A stretch of DNA of 57,939 bases, counting the filler, from Sphacelaria rigidula (Eukaryota): NCBI GenBank assembly GCA_964200075.2. It is 7 parts of 7 records of this genome, joined end to end, with 100 filler letters (N's around TTAATTAATTAA, not from the genome) between each part and the next. Parts side by side here need not be neighbours in the genome. Positions count along the whole stretch, not along the records: positions 41,458 to 49,648 come from CAXNAA020011972.1; positions 49,749 to 57,939 come from CAXNAA020011973.1; 5 more parts are not named here. One strand, written 5' to 3'. Both the position numbers and the translations under genes were made by a program. Below the pieces are notes generated by a model, which was given only the letters and a program-made list of their open reading frames with translations, did no database searches and was not told where the DNA came from. Positions 47,383-57,939 of the stretch are shown in pieces (position 1 is the stretch's first letter; the number at the start of each line of letters is the position of its first letter).

Positions 47383-49648
47383 ACCCCACCCACCCCCCTA
47401 CCGCGGCGAAAGAAACATGAATTAATCAATGAAGAGACAAATGACGAAATTATCGAAAGTAGTTAATCTGAGGCATGGTTCGAAAGCGCAGTCGCGGAAG
47501 AAGGAAGAAAAAATCCCGCAGAGCGAGGGCGGCAGCGGCGGGCTTTGTTTTGCGACAACCATGGACAGGTATGGAATTTATTTGGGGAAGGGAGGAGGAG
47601 GGAAAGCAGACCGGTACATGACGTTTTTGACTGCGGGAAAGCAGAGGATTGTGTACCAGTATCAGCCGTAACGAATGCAGGCAGGGTCCCAGCGGCATGC
47701 TTTTGGTGTGCGAGATATCGGCGGGGCTCGGGCTTTCCGTTTTGTTGTGAGGGAGGCGGCCGTAGATGGGTGTGCGAGTTGGTACGGCTATCTGAGTTGA
47801 TCCGAACCGTGAAAAGGCGAAATTGCTACAAGTAAATTTTGGATGTTTTGGGAGAGGGTGATGATGTGGGGTGCATTGTTTTTTTACTGTGCAGAATAAT
47901 CGTACATGATGGCATGTACAGTAGCAGATGGAGAGAGTGAAAAGTAGCTTGCTTTGATGGGTGGTGGTAAATGAAACTGAGTTTTTAGTTCTTGGGTGAG
48001 CTGAGAGAGGGAGAGAGGAAGGAGAAGCAGGAACGATGTCCGTAATTTTTGCTGTTGGTGTCGCTTTGAAGTAAAGCCCTGTGATTTTATCTAGCGCTAC
48101 AGCTAAGCATACGCCAAGTTCTTTTTCGGAGGGTGGCTAGCTCCCTCTCAGCACGCGAGATAGGAAGAGATAAATGATATATTTGTTGACTGCATGTCTT
48201 TCGTTTTCATTTTTTTTTCTTGTTGCTTTCAAATGTGTGTGTGTATTTTATTTCTTTCTTGAAACGTTATTGTTGGTGGATATATAGATACGTATATGGA
48301 AAGGGTGGGGGGAGAGGGGGGCAATTTCAGACCTTTGGGTGACTAGAAAGTCAAAAACAAGGGGGCGAAGCAACGATGAACGTGTGAAGTGGTGTGTTTT
48401 GGAATTAGTACAGAATGCGAAATGTTCGCGACGTGCGAATAGTAGATTTTTCGATTTTCATTTGAGAACGATGGAAGAATAACGGCATTCTAGAAATATT
48501 GGGAGATGGAATGCTTTGTCGTGGTCTGGGGTGAAGCATTGGTCATTTGACAGACCGGAGAGAGATTCCGACCGAGCTTGCTGTTTATATCAAGCTTGTT
48601 GCCAGAGAGGAGCGGACTGCAACAGAAGCACTGTACATGTAAAGTACAGCGCAGCATGGAATGCAATCAACATACATCGCCCACACAGATGAGTGACTAT
48701 TAGTGCGTGGGAAAAAAACACGAGATATATGGTCTCAAGATATGTTTGGCTGGATTTTATTTGGTATGGCGTCATGGCTACGTCACCATCAATTATCCAT
48801 CATGGTCGAGTGATGACAACAGTTCGTATTCTGTCATTCTCGTCATACTTGTTTCTACCCCGCCCTGTCATTTCTCGGGACGAGAGTCCGCAGTTTAACA
48901 CTTGGACTGCGAGCCCCCCTCGGATTCAGATGGACTATGCGATTAAGTTCAAAACAGCTGTTTTGTTCACTTCACAAAACGCCTTATTTCATGAATTTGT
49001 GAATGTTGGGCATATATATATATATAAAATAGTAAAGGAGAACCTCTGACCGGTTTTACCTTTCTGTCAAGTGAAAATATGTATGTTGTGCGTGTGAATA
49101 CAACAGCAAGAAACAGAGAGCGTGTCACCGCTCTTCGCCGAACACAGCCGTCTTTACGCTGCTCATGTCTCTGCTTCGTGTTTGTTCCACAGGAGCATTA
49201 TTACAGTGCGAAGCTATACTCACAACACGAGAGGGGTCACGTAGGCGGCAAAGACCACGAGCAGTCTAGAAAGCACGTTGGGTTTGTAACGATGTTATTT
49301 ATGGTTGAATGGTCATGACCGAAATGGGTAAGGAAGCTAAACTGCGAGGTATCTTGAGGGCCATGCTGCGATAGGGGGTGGAGTATTTGCTTCCACGGGA
49401 AAAAGGGGCCTAGAGGTGTGTCGGACGACCCAACACACTCACGGTGCACTTGTATTTAGGTAAAAACAGAGTCAGTGGGTGTTACGAGCGTTATCTATCG
49501 GTAACAAGCGCGCATGAAAAACCTTTGCTGCTTTCAACGGAAGATTTGGAGTGGAATTTCGTGGAAAAAATAAAAAAATGGCCTCTCTCCTTACTCTGAT
49601 AGCCTCTTTCACTTCCTCATCCCATCATTTTACTGCTCTTTTGCATAC

Positions 49649-49748
49649 NNNNNNNNNNNNNNNNNNNNNNNNNNNNNNNNNNNNNNNNNNNNTTAATTAA
49701 TTAANNNNNNNNNNNNNNNNNNNNNNNNNNNNNNNNNNNNNNNNNNNN
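49649..49748. other. Artificial scaffold-concatenation spacer
   Basis: Same 100-nt layout. Confidence 0.97.
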
Positions 49749-51855
49749 TAGAATCGTTAGGAGCCTCTGAACCAGACATAATTTCGCGAAAAAAGTGCAT
49801 CCCTACCGTAGCATTGCTCAGGTAAGTGATATGATAGTATGAAGCCATCGCTTTGTCATTTGCATTTCACTTGTGACTAGTAGTTTGACTTGTTGCTATT
49901 CGAGTACACGCGCTGCCTTCATATGAACGCGGCTCAATCCGTGTGACACAACATACGAGCAATAAGTATCCGCGACTCGATCGACGACTCTCAATTCTCC
50001 ACGATTGCAAACTCGAACCCGTGCGATACGATGGTGCTTCTACTCGCTCGCCTTCACCTCTTTACCGATCGCAGAACAGGGGTGCAAGGTTCGATTATCT
50101 TTGTTTACAGACGTTGATCGATCACATCTGATCGCCGCACCTGCTGGAACTCAGAGGTCACACAACGACTCCATTTTTTTCCCCCGAGATATAGTACCTG
50201 AAAAAACGCACACCGTACGAGTACCGTACTTAGCTCCTACGAAGGTACTCATGCGGTCGGCACATTTAGTCACGCTTCAATACTGAAGTGGACAAAGACA
50301 GCAATACACATTTAGTGCTAGTCAATTTCAATGGGAATTGGCGCGTTGGAATTTGATGATCTGACTGTTGAAAACTACCATGCCGCGATGTATGCTAATA
50401 CACATGTGCATGACAAAGAAGAACACTGAAAGACCGTGAATGAGTCATGCCGCTGTAGGAGTTGTACGTCTGGATCCAGATGTTCCTCGTTAAAGGGTTC
50501 CTAGATCAGGTGTTACAAGAATGTGGGTGAGGGCATTCCCGTTTGTCTTGAACCCTACTTCGTTTTATACTACTCTCGTGTGCTTGGCCCTTATCCCATA
50601 AGGAAAGTGGGTGGAGTCCTACGCCGTCTCATTCGGTCGACACAAGTGTGATACCATCGGTGTGCAGCACTTTTTCAAAACGCACCGTTATGTTTGCGGT
50701 GATCGCTTGTATAGTTGCTTATCGACCACACAAATGCTTCGTTCCGGCGTATCTGACACTACCATTTTTGGTATCGAGTGAACTGCTCGCATGCGATCAA
50801 CTGCCCAGCTGGCTCCGATTGTCCCTGCGGCCGCCCAGAACAAGTGCTACGCACGAAGGACGTAAAACACTATTTTCGATCGTACTTCGTGTGTGTGACA
50901 ACAATTGGGTCCCGCTTGCTATTGCTAGGCGTCAACTCAATAGGTCCGCCCGGCAAGCAACGGAAGTGGCGACAGTCCGTCCAGCGCGTAGAGGTAAGTA
51001 ACAGGCACTTTCGCGCCTTGAGACTAGCGCCGAACTCATCACGGAGGGTCGATCGTCGTGAGCATGAGGCTCCCCAGGCCGTTTCCCGAAGTCCGTTGAG
51101 CCCCAAGCCGGGGGAGTTTGTTCGTGTCTCCGTCGTGCATGTCGCCTAAGAGTTTCCTGCGGGCGGGGAGGCACAAGGGCATCGATTGAACTATGGTTCG
51201 GCTGTCAACATCAATACAACAACGAATTCATATTTAAATAGTACCGAATAAACACCGCTGTATCAAGTCTCGCAATTGATGGAGAGAAGGGGGGGGGGGG
51301 AGGGCAAGTTATCCCGTGGGGTCGCTCTCGCAAGGATGGCCAATATCAACTGCTGTTTGAATTGGGTTAGCTCTGTCATTGAGAGATCGAACCATGATAG
51401 ATCTTCGAGCTGTTACGCTAAGCTTGTTCTATGTTCAGACTTGCTGTTGCTGCAGTGACAGCACGTTCCCCCTCCCCCCACCTCAACTCTGGACTCCTGG
51501 GTTGGCGTCGAGTGGCAATGGCGCTGTATAACAAGCCACCAGAGCCTAGACAAAAGGTACAGACGGTCACCGTACGAGTACATATACCAGAGACCACCGC
51601 TAGACAAAAGAAATCCCAGGGCCGACAGTCACTCTGGACATGCAACAATCCAAAGAAACAATAGTTCTTCCCCTCCGTAAAACACGAGATGGATGTAGAC
51701 ATGATATAATAAAGTTAACTTTTTTTTTTTTCCGTTTACTTTCTTAAAAATTACTCCTTCCCTTTCCTTATCAGCTGTATTTTTTTCTTTTTACCTCTTT
51801 TTCTTCACTTCCCTCTTCTTTTTTCTTCTTTCTCTTCATGTTTTTCAGCTACCAG

Positions 51856-52325
51856 AACACAGTCCAGACATAGACATGAAATGACGAAGCCCACCACCCT
51901 TTTCCCTCAATTTATCATAGCACAGCCCGGACACAGACATGAAATGACGAGGCTAACCATCCTTTTTCTTCAACCTATCATAACACAGCCCGGACACGGA
52001 CATAAAATGACGAAGCTAATCACCCTTTTTCTTTAACCTGCCATAACACAGTCCAGAATAGACTTGAAATGATGAAGCTAACCATCCTTTTTCTTTAACC
52101 TACCATAACACAGCCCGGACATAGACATGGAATGACGAAGCTAACCATCCTTTTTCTTAAACCTAACAAACACAGCCCGGACATGGACACATTTCATGAC
52201 AAAGCTAACCATCATTTTTCTTCAACCTTTCATGACACAGCCCGGACATGGACATGAAATAATGAAACCAACCATCTTTTTTCTTTAACCTACCATAACA
52301 TAGCACGAATATAGACATGGAATAG
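51856..52325. repeat. 63-nt minisatellite, ~7.5 copies
   Basis: Units start at 51858, 51921, 51984, 52047, 52109, 52171, 52236 and 52299; consensus cacagcccggacatagacatgaaatgacgaagctaaccatcctttttctttaacctaccataa. Confidence 0.92.
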
Positions 52326-53849
52326 TGAGGAAAAACATCTCTATTTTCCCATGTCAAAACGGAAATAAACGAGATCCTTCCCCCATATCATAACAAAGGT
52401 AAGACAAGAATCAACCAAAAATCTAGACTTGTAAGTAATAGCGTGAAGGTTGACCACATTTCATGCAATTGGAAAATAAAAAAGATTAAACAGGTACGGG
52501 TAGGGTAGGGTCATCATCCCCGACATGTGAAATTTACGTGGAGGTTGGGGTCTCGTAGCGAGATACCCGTAAGACTTTACCGGTTTCCATTGGACGGTGG
52601 AAGTCTGGTGAGCGGTTTTCCTGATATTCTTGAAATGAGGTGCAAAAAGTGTTGAATGATGAGAAGGGGTGGATGATAAATGGCATAAGCGTCAAGACCT
52701 ATTGCACTCATGAAACAAACACCTTACCGATGACCGACCACATGATCTACGAGAAGGAGCACCAAGCGGTACGTAGACTTCTTAAGACCTTGAAGGATAG
52801 AAGCTGATACAAAGTGTGGGGGAATCGTTGGCCTAGCTTTCGGCAGCGAAGGTCTACTCGGAAGCACCAGTGGAGTAGCGACGCATGATGAATCGTGCAC
52901 GGAGTGGGAAGAAATGGTGTACGGGACATCCCGATGTGTGACTAAGATCTTGTCTTATGCAAGCCGTCCTTGAACTTTACACAGTGAAAATGACCTCCCT
53001 GGAGGAAAGTAACCAGTACAGCAGCGCGGCAAGAAGATAGAAGATACGATCGTGGGACGCCTGGANNNNNNNNNNACCATGAAGATCGCCTGGCACAAAC
53101 GTGGGGTACTTGTGTGAAAGGTGTTGAGCTTGGCTTCAGGCTACGAGCCCGTGTTGGAGTCATTGTTTAGTGTCGGTGAGCCAGCAAAAGACCTGTAAGG
53201 CACCAGACCCCCCAACAAGTAATAGGACTGGGATATCCCAGTACCTTGACCATATCCCACCACGCTACTCGAAACGAACAAGCTTGAGATTCTCTGGAAA
53301 GATATCGAGAGAGAGACGTTAAGGAAGGGCGGATGGAGAAGTGAAGAGTGGACGGGTAAAGTACTGTTAGTTCTGGTATTTGGAGTCCGTAGTGATATGA
53401 CGAGAATAGCGTTCAAAAGGAAATGCAATGAAGGAGGATCATACTCTTTGACAAGAGGAAAGGTAGAAAGTGAAGGGGAATACTTACAAGTCACGCTAAA
53501 ACAGAGCGCGAGCAAGGAGTGGGAAAGGATAGAGACAAGTATGGTGTCGGCATGGATTCGAAGGGCACGGTGGAGAGCATGCATAGCGAATGGAACAGAA
53601 AACCTGAGATGTACTCCACGGCTAAACGGAGGGGTAGAGAGGCAGGAACAGGTGGATGGCCGGCAGGGGAAGAGGCGGGGACATAACGGCCCGGAGCAAA
53701 TAGACGAAGATTAAACCGGAAACGGGAAAAAGGACCAAGAAAGGGAAGATAGAGGTGAAAACGATGGAGAGAGAACAGTAGACAAAAGAAGATTAGATTA
53801 TTATTCGGAGAGGAAGCTAAGAATAGGATCGTGGAACGTGTGTGGATTC

Positions 53850-56800
53850 GCCAGAGATGAGCGCAAAAGAAGATAGATAGCCCAACAATTAAGTAATCGC
53901 GACCTAGGTAAAGCGGGAATCCAAGAGTCATGGGAGAAAGAGGAGGTGGAAATAGGATGCAAAGTTGAAGAGCACGCATGGATAATGAAAAAGCGGAAGT
54001 GACCGAACCCCAAGAGCAGGGGAGCGGGGGGAGTTGGATTTTTAGTCAAGGAATACCTGTGTGACGTCATAGTAGTAACCGACGACACGAAATTCGACGA
54101 GAGCATATGGATAAGGGTACTAGGAGAGCGGGGAACGGAGGACTTCTTCGTGGGGAACATCCGTATGCCCCCAGAGTCGAAGAGCAGGGTAAACGATCTA
54201 CAGCGGAGGTTTGGAGAAATAGCAGCAGATATACATACGTATCAAAGGTAAGGAGAAGTAATGTTAGTGGGAGATTTTAAGGCAAGGGTTGGAAGAGGAG
54301 GTCAACCGAATCGTATTATTTGGCAGTACGAGGAAGATAAGAAGAACACGAATGGGGTAGAAATGCTCAATTTCCTTGAGAATAACGAGATAAAGACACT
54401 GAACGATAGAGCACAAAAGTCATAGGCGCGATGGACATGGACAAGAAAATGCAAAGACGAGAGAGAATGCTCCGTACTTGAACATATAGTGGTAGAGCAT
54501 GGAAATAATGAAGAAATGGAAGTACATGTATGCGCGGAGGACGTGGGAACCACAGATCACTGCTTTATATGGACAGAAAGCCAACAGACGAGAGCTAAAA
54601 GAAAAAGTCGGGGTAAGAAGTTGTACAAATGAAGAATCGATAAACTTGATATGGAAGAAAAACAGTAAGAGTTCCAAGAAGAGATGGCAAAAAACGCGGT
54701 GAAAGTTTCCAAGCTGTTGGAACGCGTAGGTACATTTTATACCGAAATGGAAAGGCATCGGGCAGGAGCGAAGATTGTAGAAGGATGGGGGCCGTTGGTC
54801 AAGAACACAGCGAGTGAAGTCATGGGGAGGAAACTGATCGTATGCAACAGAGCAGTGAAATGGTGAGATGAGGAAGTAGAAGAAGTTATAAGATGAAGGA
54901 GAGAGGCCCACGCAAGAAGCATATCGAGTAAGACGGCCGTAGGATGAGAGGAACATAGTAAAGCTCGAAAGGAAGTTAGGAAGATGGTATACAGAAAAAA
55001 AAGAAGAAAGTATGCGAAGATGTAGCAAAAAACACGAATGAAGATTGCGATGACGGGAAGAAACAAATGTGGGTAGGGATTAAAGGGACGTTGGGGAACC
55101 AGGCAAGAAAGATAGACGACAGGATAGTCACACTACAGGCACAGAACGGTAGAATGACCAGCAGTTTGAAGGGGAAGAGAGAAGTGCTAGGATAACACTA
55201 CCGTAAACTAGGAACACCAAAAACTGCGATAGTGGCTCGAAAGAATTGCAGAGAGAATTTACCAAAGGTTAAGTAAAGGAGGGCGTAGCTAAACTCATTA
55301 ACAGAAGGGCAGCAGGGGCAGATGAAATAGTGAATGAATTTACACAGTACGGGGGAGAGGGAATGGTCGCCATGATGGTTATGCTGTACAACTGGATCCG
55401 GGAAAACGAGTACACACGCAAGTGGTGGAGAGGAGGAGTAGTAGTCCACCTTTTTAAAAAAGGGGACAAGGCTGACCCATGAAATTACAGAGGGATAACG
55501 CTACTGAGCACGGTAGGGAAAACATTCTGTAAGGTTCTGAACGATAGCGTAGAAAGGAAGGCAAAATCAGCGAGGGACAAGCAGGTTTCAGACCAAACCG
55601 TTGTTGCGTAGATCATGCGTACACACCAGGTAAGATTATTCAGGGTAGGAAAGACACCGGTCTGACAACGTACTGTTTTTTTCTGGACGGGCGAAAGGGC
55701 TCATGGCACAGTTTGGACAAAAGGGCTGTGGGAAAAGTTGTGGGAAACTGGGATCAGCGGAAACATGTGGAGAATGGTGAAGAAGATGACAGAATGTGCC
55801 AAAAGGGCTATGACGCTAGACGGGGAAGTATCGGAATATTTTGACATTTTACAAGGAGTTGCACAAGAATGTACGCTATCACCCACTTTATTGGAAGTAT
55901 TCATCAACGAAGATAATAGCGATAGAAGAAGCAAAGCGAGAGGTCAAGGTGGGTGAAGATATGGTATCAGGATTACTGTTCGCGGATGCTTTTGTGGGGA
56001 TATCAGAACACGAGAAGGATTGCAAGGGCAAATAGAGAAGGCGCCAGAATACACCAGGATATGGGGCGTGACAGCGAACGTTAACAAATGCGCGGTGCTC
56101 GTATGTAACGAAGACAAGAAAAATCTGATAGAGTTCAAACGGAAGTGGGGAGAAGAGGAACTGCCAATCGTAGACCAGTAAGCATACAATGGCGCGGAGA
56201 TCTAAAAAGCCTGCTCTTGGGATGCACACATAGCCAAAGTAATAGAAAAGGGTAAGGCACAGATATATAGGATGGACGTGATCCTCAGAGACTCGCACCT
56301 AGATACTAGGATTGAGAGATGTATCCTGATGAATGTGATTGTACCGAAACTGGTATATGCGGGAGAAGTATGGGAGGGAAACGTGAAGTTGGTTAAGAAG
56401 TTGGAAACAGCACAGTTGACAGCAGCTAAGAAAAATACTTGGCTGCTCGAAAACGACGAGTAGTATAGTGTTGAGAACAGAATTGGGGATGTACCCACTT
56501 GAAACAAACAGACATGAGAATATTGCGATGGCAATATAGCGTAAAGAACATGCAGAGAAAGAGACTGCCAGCCATAGTTTACAAGGTTGCATGTAAGAAA
56601 GTAAAGAATGGGCGGGCTGGAGTAAGGTGGGATACAGAAGCTGAGAAAGGATGGAAGGAGATGGGAGAAAACCAAGACGAAATACCGTCCACAGGTGAAG
56701 ACGCGGGGTACAAGACAAAAGTAAGATACAGGATAGAAGTGAGGGGAAAAGGAGCGCTTAGACGCAAAGTAAACAAGGAAGAACACCTATAAATACACGG

Positions 56801-57330
56801 GGGGTTGAGTGAGTCGATGTGGATGAAAACACATCTGCATGGCCCAATGGACGCGGCGAGAAAAATGAAACTGCGATTTCGGGTGGAGGACCTGGACCTG
56901 CCGGAAAGAAGCAAGAGATATACCAGTAATCGAGAGGGGGAGGAAGTAGATGGACAGAATGGCCCCTGTGGCAAAGCAATAGAGAGCAGAAGTCATGCAG
57001 AGGCAGAATGTGAACTATACGAGGAGGAACGGGACGTGCTAGAGGGGGAAATGCGGGACGTAAATGAGGGTGGCATGAAATCGTTTGATTCATTAGACAG
57101 TATGGAAAAAACGATGGCTATACTAGGAGATGGATGGTGGCCACAAACAGCGAATCAACAAGGGGATAAGGTATGTGAAGGGCTTTTGTGTAGTGTGTGC
57201 AAGAAGAGTAATGAGCGCGTAAATGTTGGAGGTGTCTATTGGAAGTCGGGGCGGCGCTCCGTCTCGAAAGGGGTGCGCGGTCAATGGTCGAACGACTAAG
57301 GCGAGCAAGAAATGAGTACGCCCTTCCCTC
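53850..57330 (+). mobile_element. Decayed non-LTR retrotransposon ORF2 (APE endonuclease + reverse transcriptase), RTE/RTEX-like, with 3' tail
   Basis: APE motifs GIQESW, GSGGVGFLV, LVGDFKARVG and TDH; RT motifs AAGADEI, LFKKGD..NYRGITLLS, QAGFR, QGVAQECTLSPTL and LFADA; many stops and frameshifts; ORF ends at TAA 57299, followed by an atgagtacgccc / C-rich tail. Upstream 52480-53850 may be 5' UTR and ORF1. Confidence 0.93.
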
Positions 57331-57351
57331 CCCCCCCTCCCCCCGCCCTGT

Positions 57352-57939
57352 AGCCTGGTCCGGCGAGAACCTGGCGTGCTCTGTCCCAGCTCTGCAGGGG
57401 CGAACCCCCGATGGGGTTTGCGTCGGTTGGCGATGGCGCTATAAAACACGCCACTCACTGCGTGAGCTAGGCAACCAGTTTACCAAGTTTTTTTGCGTGC
57501 TTGCGTTTTTTTTGCGGTAACCGTGATGGTAGCCGTGCTAGATCATGTTGTGCGGCGTGGGAAAACCTCAACTCCGCAAAATGAGGATGATCGTACTACG
57601 TAGGGTTTAATGGGTCGATACCCATGAGGCAGTGTAACATCCGTGACTGTCTCTGGAAGTGGCGATACCAGAAAATGAAGCAACTCATTGTAGGCCGTCA
57701 TCCGAATGCAAGATAATCTGTAGGTTTCGGGCCGAACAACCTTAGCTGGACGTAGCTCACCCTTCATGCGACTCGCCGAGCACACCACGGCCCTTCGCGC
57801 TTGGTAGTTGAGTGCGGACCTGGTCCAGCGAACGCCCGGCGTGCTCCGTCCGGGCTTTGTAAGGGTGCGAGATACCCGCTCTGGTTAGACACCCATGAGG
57901 CAGTGTAAAAGCCGTGGCTGTCTCTGGAAGTGGCGATAC
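57352..57939 (+). mobile_element. ~465-nt structured repeat: one unit plus ~45-nt redundancy (57352-57866), then a new copy from ~57886
   Basis: cctggtcc at 57354 and 57819 (period 465); restart at ttagacacccatgagg; directly follows the LINE tail. Confidence 0.9.

Noticed and set aside
47330-47400. Poly-C/poly-G tracts as functional G-quadruplexes (also 1340-1490)
   Set aside because: Homopolymer lengths are unreliable in a draft assembly and such tracts are common throughout the window.
50511-50778. LTR (TG..CA) followed by PBS-like TGGTATCGAG
   Set aside because: No second LTR, TSD or recognisable gag downstream; the evidence is too thin.
51856-52325. CRISPR-like array
   Set aside because: The whole 63-nt unit is repeated with no unique spacers, there are no cas genes, and the context is eukaryotic.
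57590-57670. IscB/HEARO omega-RNA resemblance (ctacgt..acacc..ctctg..tggcga words)
   Set aside because: Only isolated short words match; spacing and stems do not, and there is no IscB, TnpB or Fanzor ORF in the window.

Overview
Repeat-rich eukaryotic nuclear DNA, most likely a brown alga or other stramenopile. This is inferred from short GT-AG exons in long introns and the uL1 sequence. The window is not one locus. It is seven unrelated scaffolds of 8191-8192 bp (1-8192, 8293-16484, 16585-24775, 24876-33066, 33167-41357, 41458-49648, 49749-57939) joined by artificial 100-nt N44-TTAATTAATTAA-N44 spacers. Recognisable genes are five 3' exons of ribosomal protein uL1/RPL10A (- strand), one exon of a TFIP11/Ntr1-like spliceosome-disassembly factor, and five in-phase exons of an unknown protein with a BRCT-like domain followed by a PDZ domain. 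Most of the rest is transposon material: a decayed APE+RT LINE (RTE/RTEX-like), two tRNA-derived SINE families, hAT-type MITEs (one with a perfect 8-bp TSD), a foldback element, copia, hAT and possibly Plavaka fossils, and mini- and microsatellites. The most unusual signal is a dispersed ~465-nt unit found in four scaffolds. It occurs head-to-tail as ~1.1-mers and a ~1.9-mer, is extensively self-complementary, has no recognisable Pol III promoter or canonical ribozyme core, and is repeatedly fused to the LINE's 3' tail. It is a candidate circular-RNA-derived (retrozyme-like) or non-autonomous Penelope-like retroposon. All family assignments are by eye; no database search or folding program was run.
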